The notes under the pieces are model-generated. The model had not been told where the DNA came from. It saw only the letters and a program-made list of their open reading frames with translations, and searched no databases. A stretch of 64,000 nucleotides of DNA, from the NCBI GenBank assembly GCA_002331335.1, contig DCZO01000014.1:277088-341087 (forward strand), written 5' to 3'. This DNA is from Nitrospira sp. UBA2082 (GTDB lineage: Bacteria > Nitrospirota > Nitrospiria > Nitrospirales > Nitrospiraceae). Made by a program: the position numbers and the translations under genes. Of the stretch, positions 55,867 through 64,000 are shown one piece after another (within the stretch, counting starts at the first letter, position 1; every line of letters begins with the position of its first letter).

Positions 55867-58800
55867 ATGGCGCCTTCCTTCGTCCATCTTCATCTTCACA
55901 CCCAGTTCAGCCTCCTCGACGGTGCCAACCAGATCGAGCCGCTGGTACAGCAAGTGAAGGCCTTTGGCCAACCTGCCGTGGCCATGACCGACCACGGCAA
56001 CATGTTCGGGGCGATCGAGTTCTACCGGAAGGCCAAAGACGCCGGCATCAAACCCATCATCGGATGTGAAGCCTATATGGCGATGGGCAGCCGCCATGCG
56101 AAAAAAGACAGCGGGCTCGCGCACAACGACTACTATCACCTGATTCTCCTCGCCAGAAACCTGACCGGCTATCAGAATTTGATCAAACTTGTCAGCAAAG
56201 GATATCTTGAGGGATTCTACTATAAGCCGCGAATAGATAAGGAAATTCTCAAGGAACATCGCGACGGCATCATTGCCTTGTCCGGCTGCCTCAGCGGCGA
56301 GATTCCATATCTGATCGGGCAAAAAGATATGGCCGGCGCCATGGCGGTGGCCGGCGAATTCCAGGAAATTTTCGGCAAGGAGCATTTCTATTTAGAGGTG
56401 CAGGCGAACGGTCTCGACCACCAACGCGTTGCCAACGCCGGACTGATGGAGATTCACAAAAAGCTCGGGATCCCGCTCGCCGGCACGAACGATTGCCACT
56501 ATCTGAAGAAAGAAGACGCCCGCCCACATGAACTGATGCTCTGCCTTCAGACCGGCAAGACCGTGAGCGACCCCAACCGGATGAAATTCGACACGGACCA
56601 GCTCTATGTCAAATCGACGGAAGAAATCGCTCCGGCTTTCGTGGAGTTTCCCGGGGCCGTCAGCAACACCTGCCGCATCGCCGACCATTGCGATTTGGAG
56701 CTGGCACTCAACAAAACCCATCTCCCCCAGTACAGAGTGCCGGACGGCTTCACGGACCGGGAAGCCTATCTGGAATACCTGGCCGTCGCCGGATTGAAAG
56801 AGCGGCTCAAGGAGCGGCCCAGCAACAAACCGTCCGCCATGTACGAACAGCGACTGCGCGAAGAGCTGATGGTCATCTGCTCTATGGGATTCGCCGGCTA
56901 TTTTCTGATCGTGTGGGACATCATCCGATTCGCGCGCACGCGGAATATCCCGGTCGGGCCCGGCCGTGGCTCAGCCGCCGGCAGCCTGGCGGCCTATGCC
57001 TTACGCATTACGGATCTCGATCCGCTTGAGTACGCGCTGCTGTTCGAGAGATTCCTGAACCCCGAGCGAGTCTCTTTGCCGGACATCGACATGGACTTTT
57101 GCATGGATCGGCGCGGAGAAGTCATCACCTACGTGGTGGAGAAGTACGGCGCCGACCATGTCGCGCAGATCATCACGTTCGGGACGCTCGGCGCCAAAGC
57201 CGCCATCCGCGACGTGGGTCGCGTGCTGGAATTGCCCTATGCAGAAGCGGACAAGGTCGCCAAGCTGGTGCCGAATCAGCTGAATATCACCCTGCAAGAG
57301 GCCCTCGACCAGGAACCTCGCCTGCGCGAACTGGTGGCCACGGACGCGAAGGTCAAAGAACTGATGGATGTCGCGCAGTCGCTGGAGGGATTGGCCCGCC
57401 ACGCCTCGACCCATGCGGCCGGAGTCGTGATTTCCGAGGGACCGCTCACCGATCACGTGCCGCTCTACAAAGGCGCCAACGACGAAATCGTCACGCAATA
57501 TTCGATGGGCGACGTCGAGAAGATCGGCTTGGTGAAATTCGACTTCCTCGGCCTCAAGACATTGACGATGATCCGGCGGGCGGAAACATTGATCAATGAG
57601 GGCCGTCACGGCAAGTCCCCGCTGATCGTCGATCAACTTCCGTTCGACGATCACAAGACGTTTGCCCTCCTCTCCTCCGGAAAAACGACCGGGATTTTCC
57701 AGCTTGAAAGCTCAGGAATGCGCGACCTGCTCGCCGGCTTCAAGCCGGACCGGTTTGAAGACATTATCGCCATTATCGCCCTCTACCGTCCCGGCCCGAT
57801 GGATCTGATTCCCGATTTCATCAAGCGGAAACAGGGCAAGGTCCCTATCACCTACGAAACGCCCGAGTTGGAGCCGATCCTCAAAGACACCTACGGCGTC
57901 ATCGTGTATCAGGAACAGGTGATGGCGATCGCTCACAAGGTGGCGGGCTTTTCACTGGGACAAGCCGACATTCTCCGGCGCGCCATGGGCAAGAAGAAAC
58001 CGGAGGAAATGGAAAAACTCCGCCTCAAATTCATCGACGGCGCGAAGCACAAACACATTCCCGACAAGAAAGCCGAAAAACTCTATGAGCTGATCCAGAA
58101 ATTTGCCGGCTACGGCTTCAACAAGTCGCACGCCGCCGCCTACGCCGTGCTCTGTTACCAGACCGCCTACTTGAAATCCCATTACCCGACCGAATTCATG
58201 GCGGCCCTCATGACGACCGACATGGGAAACACCGACAAGATCATGGGATACTTCACGGAATGCCGTGATCTTGGCATTAAAGTGCTGGGGCCGGACGTCA
58301 ATGCAAGCCAGAAAAACTTCGCCGTCGTCGATGGCGCCATTCGATTCGGCTTGGCGGCGATCAAGAACGTGGGCGAAGGTGCCGTCGAGTCCATCGTGGC
58401 GATCCGCAATGAGAGCGGCCCGTTCTTCTCGTTCTTCGAGTTCTGCCGACGGGTTGATCTCCACAAAGTGAATAAGCGCATGCTCGAAGGCCTGATCAAG
58501 GCGGGAGCCTTTGATTCCACCGGCGCCCGACGCGCCCAATTGATGGCGGTCCTCGACCAGGCAATCGAAGACGGCGCCGCTGCGCAGCGGGAGCGGGAAC
58601 TCGGACAAACCAACATCTTCGGCGAGGAGTTGTCCGGTCATGACGCGCCGGTCGCCTCCCCGCTTCCACCGGTCCCGGAATGGGACCAGACCCAACGACT
58701 CAAATATGAGCGAGAATTGACCGGCTTTTATATATCCGCCCATCCGTTGAGCCGCTACGAAACGACGCTCGGCGCCTTATCCACCGCGACAACCGCCGGC

Positions 58801-59322
58801 CTCCCGGACTGCGCGGACGGCAAAGAAGTCAAACTCTGCGGCATCATTGCCTCGGTCAAATCGATGCTGACCAAGAAGGGCGATCGGATGGCCTATGTCA
58901 CCCTCGAAGATTTGCAAGGCACAGCCGAGGTCATCGTGTTTCCCGATCTGTTCAAAACAGCCGGCGATCTCGTGGCCCCGGAGCAGCTGGTTCGCATTAC
59001 CGGGACGATCGATCGCGGCGACAAAGGCACCAAACTTCGCGGCAGCAAGATCGAACCGCTGGCGGAGGTTCAGAAGCAGGCGGTGAAACGGATACAAATC
59101 CGGCTTGCCGACCGGCCCGACGCCCCAGACCAGCTCCTCCGTCTACGCGACATCTTCCAGCGGCATCCCGGCGGAACGACAGTTTATCTCACATTTCAAC
59201 TGGATGCGGCACTGGAAGCCGAGACGGCGCCTCTTGCAAACTGGACCGTTTCACCCAGTGAACATTTTGTCTCCGACATTGAAGAAGTGCTAGGCAAAGG
59301 GGGCCTGTCTTTGTTATCTTAG
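55867..59322 (+). CDS. dnaE: DNA polymerase III alpha subunit
   Basis: HLHLHT.FSLLDG PHP domain, GRGSAAGS, PDIDMDF, FAGYGFNKSH, OB fold. Confidence 0.98.
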   Translation: MAPSFVHLHLHTQFSLLDGANQIEPLVQQVKAFGQPAVAMTDHGNMFGAIEFYRKAKDAGIKPIIGCEAYMAMGSRHAKKDSGLAHNDYYHLILLARNLTGYQNLIKLVSKGYLEGFYYKPRIDKEILKEHRDGIIALSGCLSGEIPYLIGQKDMAGAMAVAGEFQEIFGKEHFYLEVQANGLDHQRVANAGLMEIHKKLGIPLAGTNDCHYLKKEDARPHELMLCLQTGKTVSDPNRMKFDTDQLYVKSTEEIAPAFVEFPGAVSNTCRIADHCDLELALNKTHLPQYRVPDGFTDREAYLEYLAVAGLKERLKERPSNKPSAMYEQRLREELMVICSMGFAGYFLIVWDIIRFARTRNIPVGPGRGSAAGSLAAYALRITDLDPLEYALLFERFLNPERVSLPDIDMDFCMDRRGEVITYVVEKYGADHVAQIITFGTLGAKAAIRDVGRVLELPYAEADKVAKLVPNQLNITLQEALDQEPRLRELVATDAKVKELMDVAQSLEGLARHASTHAAGVVISEGPLTDHVPLYKGANDEIVTQYSMGDVEKIGLVKFDFLGLKTLTMIRRAETLINEGRHGKSPLIVDQLPFDDHKTFALLSSGKTTGIFQLESSGMRDLLAGFKPDRFEDIIAIIALYRPGPMDLIPDFIKRKQGKVPITYETPELEPILKDTYGVIVYQEQVMAIAHKVAGFSLGQADILRRAMGKKKPEEMEKLRLKFIDGAKHKHIPDKKAEKLYELIQKFAGYGFNKSHAAAYAVLCYQTAYLKSHYPTEFMAALMTTDMGNTDKIMGYFTECRDLGIKVLGPDVNASQKNFAVVDGAIRFGLAAIKNVGEGAVESIVAIRNESGPFFSFFEFCRRVDLHKVNKRMLEGLIKAGAFDSTGARRAQLMAVLDQAIEDGAAAQRERELGQTNIFGEELSGHDAPVASPLPPVPEWDQTQRLKYERELTGFYISAHPLSRYETTLGALSTATTAGLPDCADGKEVKLCGIIASVKSMLTKKGDRMAYVTLEDLQGTAEVIVFPDLFKTAGDLVAPEQLVRITGTIDRGDKGTKLRGSKIEPLAEVQKQAVKRIQIRLADRPDAPDQLLRLRDIFQRHPGGTTVYLTFQLDAALEAETAPLANWTVSPSEHFVSDIEEVLGKGGLSLLS

Positions 59323-59376
59323 GCGGACTATTCCAGGGGCTGGAGGCGTTCGGCTTCCTTTACCGTCACGAGAACT

Positions 59377-60342
59377 ATGCGCGATTATCTCGAATTTGAA
59401 CAACCGATTCGCGAGATCGAAGAAAAGATCGAGAAGCTGTCCGCTGTAGCGGCAAGCGGCAAAGTCTCCGCGCAAACCGATCTGAGGAAACTCCGCGCCA
59501 AGTTAGCTGAAGTCGAACACGAACTCTATCAGCATCTCACGCCCTGGCAACGAACCCAACTCGCCCGCCACCCTCAACGCCCCAGCACACTCGATTACAT
59601 TAACGAACTCTGTCGGGATTTCTTGGAATTTCACGGCGATCGGTCGTTCGGCGACGACCGCGCCATCGTCGGAGGATTCGCCCGTTTTAACGACCGCACC
59701 GTGATGATCATCGGGCATCAGAAAGGGAAGACCCTCAAGGAGCGCATGCAACGCAATTTCGGCATGCCCAACCCGGAAGGCTACCGGAAGGCGCTTCGCC
59801 TGATGAAACTGGCGGAGAAGTTCAACCGACCGATCATCACCTTCATCGACACCCCCGGCGCCTATCCCGGGATTGGAGCGGAAGAGCGCGGACAGGCGGA
59901 AGCCATCGCACGGAATCTGCTCGTCATGTCACGCTTGACCGTCCCGATCATTTCCGTCGTCATCGGCGAAGGCGGGAGCGGCGGCGCGTTGGCATTAGGC
60001 GTGTCGGACCGCGTCTTGATGCTGGAACATTCCGTATATTCGGTCATCTCGCCGGAAGGCTGCGCCGCGATCCTCTGGGACAACCCGCAAAAAGTCCAGG
60101 ATGCCGCCGCCGCGCTGAAAATGACGGCGAAGGACCTCCTCGAGTTCGGCATCATTGACGACATCGTGCCGGAGCCGATTGGCGGCGCCCATCGAGAGCC
60201 CAAAGCCGTCTGTACCCTGGTAGGAAAGGCTCTGACGAATCAGCTCTTCGACCTGGCCGATCTGTCCGTGGAACAGCTCCTTGCCAACCGTGACCACAAA
60301 TATCGTAGGATCGGCGCGGTCGGCGGACTTCCACAGGCATAA
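59377..60342 (+). CDS. accA: Acetyl-CoA carboxylase carboxyltransferase alpha
   Basis: LHGDR-type FHGDRSFGDD, NFGMPNPEGYRKALR, GEGGSGGAL, ISPEGCAAIL. Confidence 0.98.
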   Translation: MRDYLEFEQPIREIEEKIEKLSAVAASGKVSAQTDLRKLRAKLAEVEHELYQHLTPWQRTQLARHPQRPSTLDYINELCRDFLEFHGDRSFGDDRAIVGGFARFNDRTVMIIGHQKGKTLKERMQRNFGMPNPEGYRKALRLMKLAEKFNRPIITFIDTPGAYPGIGAEERGQAEAIARNLLVMSRLTVPIISVVIGEGGSGGALALGVSDRVLMLEHSVYSVISPEGCAAILWDNPQKVQDAAAALKMTAKDLLEFGIIDDIVPEPIGGAHREPKAVCTLVGKALTNQLFDLADLSVEQLLANRDHKYRRIGAVGGLPQA

Positions 60343-60368
60343 TCCCACGCACCCCTTCACCTCTGTCA

Positions 60369-60965
60369 TTACATCTCCAGCAACCCGATCTGAATGAACT
60401 GCCGTTGGATCGAGGCGAGAATGTCATTGATGAGCGCCGGACGGAAGGGTTCGAACACGGGATCACCTAGATACCGATCAAGCGTCCGCGGTAGTTTGTG
60501 CCACCAGGCCCTGGCCGATGTTCTTGCTTGGACGGCCATAGCCCGGTCGGCGGAAAGTATCTTGCCGATTTCCCGCTCGAAAAATCCGACGTGTCTTCGC
60601 TCATCGTCAAGGATGGATGAAAGATCCGGTCGTACCTCGGCCAACAGCAGGGCGAACTCCAGCCCCAGCGCCTCGTATCCGAACAAATGCACGGCCAACG
60701 CCGGCCATTGCCGTGGAACGGACGGCAAGCGTTCTCGTTCATACGATCGATGGCCCAACAACGTCTCAAACTGTGCCAGATGCCGGCGTTCATCCGCTTC
60801 ATGCCGCCGCAGAAATGTGTGGACATTCGCTGGCACGTCTTGTAGTTGTGATGCCCGCACAGTCCACAGCGCCATCGCTTCGGCTTTGAGAAACCGTTCC
60901 AGCAGAGCGGATTCACAGGAGAGGGACAAACGGAGCGGATTGGGTGCCTGCGGTGTCCCAGCCAT
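60369..60965 (-). CDS. Ferritin-like diiron-carboxylate protein
   Basis: E...DERRH...E...DERRH ligand spacing. Confidence 0.72.
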   Translation of the reverse strand: MAGTPQAPNPLRLSLSCESALLERFLKAEAMALWTVRASQLQDVPANVHTFLRRHEADERRHLAQFETLLGHRSYERERLPSVPRQWPALAVHLFGYEALGLEFALLLAEVRPDLSSILDDERRHVGFFEREIGKILSADRAMAVQARTSARAWWHKLPRTLDRYLGDPVFEPFRPALINDILASIQRQFIQIGLLEM

Positions 60966-61143
60966 GGTCGACCGGATGGTACGCGAATCGTTCCGTCTTG
61001 TCCAAGCGAAGAAATCACTGAAAAAATGTTTACCCTACTTGCCAGAATCGATCACTTCTGAGACACTAGCAGAGCTATACACCGAACCGATGTGCGACCA
61101 GCCTTGGCCGGCAGCCGTCGGTTCCCCAATGAGGACGGAGCTC

Positions 61144-61863
61144 ATGACACACTCGGCCGGGTCATCACCACCGACTATCGCGCCTGGAATTACGGTCTGT
61201 TTGCTGATCGGAGCCGTCCTGGCCGCATCCGGTTGTGTCAGTCAGCGTGCCTATGAACAAGCCCGAGCCGAAGCGGATGAGCTAGCCCGCACCCTCGATT
61301 CGACACGCGCCGATCTCCAGGCGCTCGACCACCATATCGCCCAGCTACAGGCTGCCAACCAAACCGAAGACGCCCTCGCGACCGAACTGCGCACTGCGCT
61401 CCAACGGGAAGCGGACATGTTGCCGGTGCTGAGACGGCGGGCAAGCGAACGGCTGACATCGCTGCAGGCCCAGGTGGTGACTCTCGTCAACCAAAGCCGC
61501 ACACTCGCGCGGCAGGTTTCAGACGCCAAGCAGCAACACAACTCCCTCAAGGTGCTCGTCGCGCAATACAAACAGGAAATCGAAGAAGCCCGGTCGATGC
61601 CGGAAGCATCCCCCGCTGAGGTTCCGGTGCCGTCCGTTGCGCCGCCGGTCGCGGCCGAACCGCTTTCCGCGCCTGTAGCGGCACCGGCTCCGATCACGCC
61701 GCCGCAACAGATGGCGCAAGTCACGCCGGTCACGCCGGTAAAGCCGCAGGCGTTACCTCGCCCCGTCCCAACGCCACCGGCCCCGGTCGACGAAACTTGG
61801 TTCGACATGGTTATGAGCTGGATCGGCAGCGTCTGGGATTGGATTACCGGGTTGTTCGGATAG
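61144..61863 (+). CDS. Coiled-coil lipoprotein with Pro-rich tail
   Basis: Lipobox ASG|C, long coiled coil, PAPV-rich linker, amphipathic Trp-rich C-terminal helix. Confidence 0.75.
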   Translation: MTHSAGSSPPTIAPGITVCLLIGAVLAASGCVSQRAYEQARAEADELARTLDSTRADLQALDHHIAQLQAANQTEDALATELRTALQREADMLPVLRRRASERLTSLQAQVVTLVNQSRTLARQVSDAKQQHNSLKVLVAQYKQEIEEARSMPEASPAEVPVPSVAPPVAAEPLSAPVAAPAPITPPQQMAQVTPVTPVKPQALPRPVPTPPAPVDETWFDMVMSWIGSVWDWITGLFG

Positions 61864-63103
61864 TTGAAACGGATCCGGCTCGACGTTTGAGAATCCACGT
61901 GACTGCTCCCGCGCCAGCCGCATAGCCGGTGGCCAAACATGCGGTGAGCAAATAGCCCCCGGTCGGGGCCTCCCAATCCAGCATCTCTCCCGCGCAGAAC
62001 ACACCAGGAAACCGGCGGATCATCAGCCGATCGTCCAATTCTTCGAGCATCACTCCTCCCGCCGTACTGATGGCTTCTTCCAGTGGACGGGTCGCAACCA
62101 ACTTGAGTGGCACCGCTTTGATGGCCTCGGCAAGATAAGCCGGATCGGCAAAGGCATCTTTGGGACACACCTCTCGAAGCAACGCCGACTTTACTCCGGC
62201 GATACCGGCTTGACGTTCAAGATGCGTCGCCATCGTCCGCTTGCCACGTGGTTTGGACAGATCACGCATGAGCCGGCCTTGATCACGATCCGGCGCCAGA
62301 TCCACCATCAGAGTCGCCTGCCCTTCCTTCTCGATCCGATCTCTGAGCACTGAAGACACACCATAAATCACGCCTCCTTCCACCCCGGTCTCTGTCAGCA
62401 CGAACTCGCCCCGTTGCCGATGCACGCCTCCGCCGGGTGTTACCACTTGAACAGTCACCGATTTCACCGGGTGCCCGGCAAATTTGGTTGTGAGATGGGT
62501 GCTCCAGTGAACGTCAAATCCGCAGTTCGCCGGCCGCAACTGTGCAATCGACACACCAAGTTCGCGTAACAATGGCACCCAAGCCGCATCCGATCCGAGC
62601 TTGGGCCAACTGCCGCCACCCAGTGCAAGGATCACAGCATCAGCCCCCACGAGGTGCTCCCCGTACGGTGTCTCGAAGCGGAGTCTGTGGTCATCGCTCC
62701 ATCCCCGCCAGCGGTGGCGCACATGGAACGCCACCCCACGCTGACGCAGTCGTCTCAGCCAGGCGCGCAGGAGCGGTGCCGCCTTCAGATCAGCAGGAAA
62801 GACACGGCGCGAAGTCCCGACAAATGTCTTGATTCCAAGTCCGGCTGCCCACTCGCGAATTGCATCCGGCCCGAACGAGCGAATGAACGGCGAGAGCTGC
62901 GCCCGGCGTGGCCCATAGCGGGACAGCAACACATCCAACGGCTCAGAATGGGTGAGGTTCAATCCGCCCTTGCCCGCCAGCAGAAACTTCCGTCCCACCG
63001 ACGGCATGGCGTCGTAGAGATTCACTTCCGCCCCGGCGCCGCTCGCGGCCTCAGCCGCCATCAACCCGGCGGGACCGCCGCCGACGACCGCGATCTTCAT
63101 CAT
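61844..63103 (-). CDS. HI0933/BaiN-like flavoprotein (TIGR03862-like)
   Basis: GGGPAGLMAA, GRKFLLAGKGGLNLTHSE, AISTAGGV, GEMLDWEAPTGGYLLT. Confidence 0.92.
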   Translation of the reverse strand: MMKIAVVGGGPAGLMAAEAASGAGAEVNLYDAMPSVGRKFLLAGKGGLNLTHSEPLDVLLSRYGPRRAQLSPFIRSFGPDAIREWAAGLGIKTFVGTSRRVFPADLKAAPLLRAWLRRLRQRGVAFHVRHRWRGWSDDHRLRFETPYGEHLVGADAVILALGGGSWPKLGSDAAWVPLLRELGVSIAQLRPANCGFDVHWSTHLTTKFAGHPVKSVTVQVVTPGGGVHRQRGEFVLTETGVEGGVIYGVSSVLRDRIEKEGQATLMVDLAPDRDQGRLMRDLSKPRGKRTMATHLERQAGIAGVKSALLREVCPKDAFADPAYLAEAIKAVPLKLVATRPLEEAISTAGGVMLEELDDRLMIRRFPGVFCAGEMLDWEAPTGGYLLTACLATGYAAGAGAVTWILKRRAGSVSTIRTTR

Positions 63104-63251
63104 GCGCCGATTCCCATCACGCACCTCAGCGGGCAGGACAAACCATACAGCATCCTCGGCTGTAGGATAGTGCCTCCTTCAGCGCACCGCCTCAGTCCTA
63201 TTGAGCGATGCACTTCTCTACTTTCTTGTGTGTTTGCGATCTTTCCGGCCA

Positions 63252-63267
63252 TGGTCTGCTTCTTGCT
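63252..63267 (+). promoter_or_regulatory. Possible sigma-54 promoter of the peroxidase gene
   Basis: TGGTCTGCTTCTTGCT, GG-N10-GC with a perfect TTGCT. Confidence 0.4.
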
Positions 63268-63311
63268 CAATGCGATTTACCGCGGAGGCCCTTCAACACG
63301 AGGAGCGCATC

Positions 63312-64000
63312 ATGTCTTATCACATGTGCCGATTCACATCGAGCGTGCTCGCATGTCTGCTGACTTCCAGCGTACTGGCGGCCACGCCGATTGCAGCCGC
63401 TGACTCTCCGGGCACGAATTCGGTGCATGTCACCCGCCCAACCCATCCCCGTCATCAAGACGATACGTTCAGCCGCATGTTTCCAGGGCTTCCGCCTTTT
63501 GCCCCACAAACCGACGAATCCAGGGAACAAGCGAAACAGCTCGGCGTGAAAGGAGGCCTCCTCGATGCCGGGGATAATCTGACCGATCCGATCTTGTCGA
63601 TTACTGATCCGGCGTTCAGCCCGAACAATCCCAACAATCCAAACATGACGGCCGGCGTCACGTTCTTCGGACAGTTCCTGGATCATGATCTCACTCTCGC
63701 GCTGAAAGCGCCGATCCTGGAGAATACCCATCCCAGACAGACCACCAATTTCCGGACGGCCGAGTTTGACCTCGACAGTGTCTACGGCGATGGTCCTGCC
63801 GGATCACCTGAACTGTACGACACCAGTTCCGGTGACATGAAATTCAAAGTGGAAGCGATTCCGGGTTCCGAACAGGTTTCTCGAAAAGGCGCTCAGCGGT
63901 TCGACCTGCCCCGCGACGTCAACAACAATGCACTCATCGCAGACAGCCGGAACGATGAGCACCTCGTGCTCAGCCAGTTTCATCTGGCGATGCTGATGTT
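63312..64000 (+). CDS. Heme peroxidase (peroxidase-cyclooxygenase superfamily); runs off the window end and is absent from the ORF track
   Basis: Manual translation: signal peptide, MTAGVTFFGQFLDHD, RTAEFDLDSVYGDGP, DSRNDEHLVLSQFHLAML. Confidence 0.9.
   Translation, partial: MSYHMCRFTSSVLACLLTSSVLAATPIAAADSPGTNSVHVTRPTHPRHQDDTFSRMFPGLPPFAPQTDESREQAKQLGVKGGLLDAGDNLTDPILSITDPAFSPNNPNNPNMTAGVTFFGQFLDHDLTLALKAPILENTHPRQTTNFRTAEFDLDSVYGDGPAGSPELYDTSSGDMKFKVEAIPGSEQVSRKGAQRFDLPRDVNNNALIADSRNDEHLVLSQFHLAMLM

Noticed and set aside
60394-61143. N-terminal 250 aa of the 489-aa ORF 60394-61863
   Set aside because: Overlaps the ferritin-like gene on the other strand; the lipoprotein signal begins at ATG 61144.
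1-64000. CRISPR array, rRNA or integrase
   Set aside because: No regularly spaced 25-40-bp repeats with unique spacers, no rRNA-like sequence, and no tyrosine or serine recombinase motifs were seen.

Overview
GC-rich bacterial chromosome segment. Gene families and intergenic repeat types suggest a Nitrospira-like genome (inference). Core content, left to right: a sigma-54 regulatory cluster resembling FleQ/TPR/FleS/FleR, cytochrome c, tRNA-Thr(TGT), a GlrK/QseG/GlrR-like three-gene system, clpB, comM/yifB, small metabolic genes, tRNA-Leu(TAA), lgt, addB-addA, a DEAD-box-like helicase, DNA topoisomerase VI (top6B-top6A), dnaE, accA and the start of a heme peroxidase. Accessory DNA falls in three places. 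(1) A 4.3-kb single-gene cassette with no integrase sits between two ~92%-identical 166-bp copies of the clpB 3' end. It encodes a 1209-aa copper-radical-oxidase (galactose oxidase-like) protein fused to a ~720-aa uncharacterised module; this is the most novel-looking element. (2) A ~8.6-kb region downstream of tRNA-Leu carries a Helicase+DUF2290 anti-phage pair, an intact IS3 with a 4-bp target duplication, a RAYT remnant and many small orphans. (3) A short stretch of gene fragments follows tRNA-Thr. The window also holds TA-flanked MITE-like elements that supply stop codons to host genes, heptamer-built palindromes, several unannotated small ORFs, and a dienelactone-hydrolase homologue lacking its catalytic Cys and His. 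No CRISPR array or rRNA was seen. All calls were made by eye, without database searches.
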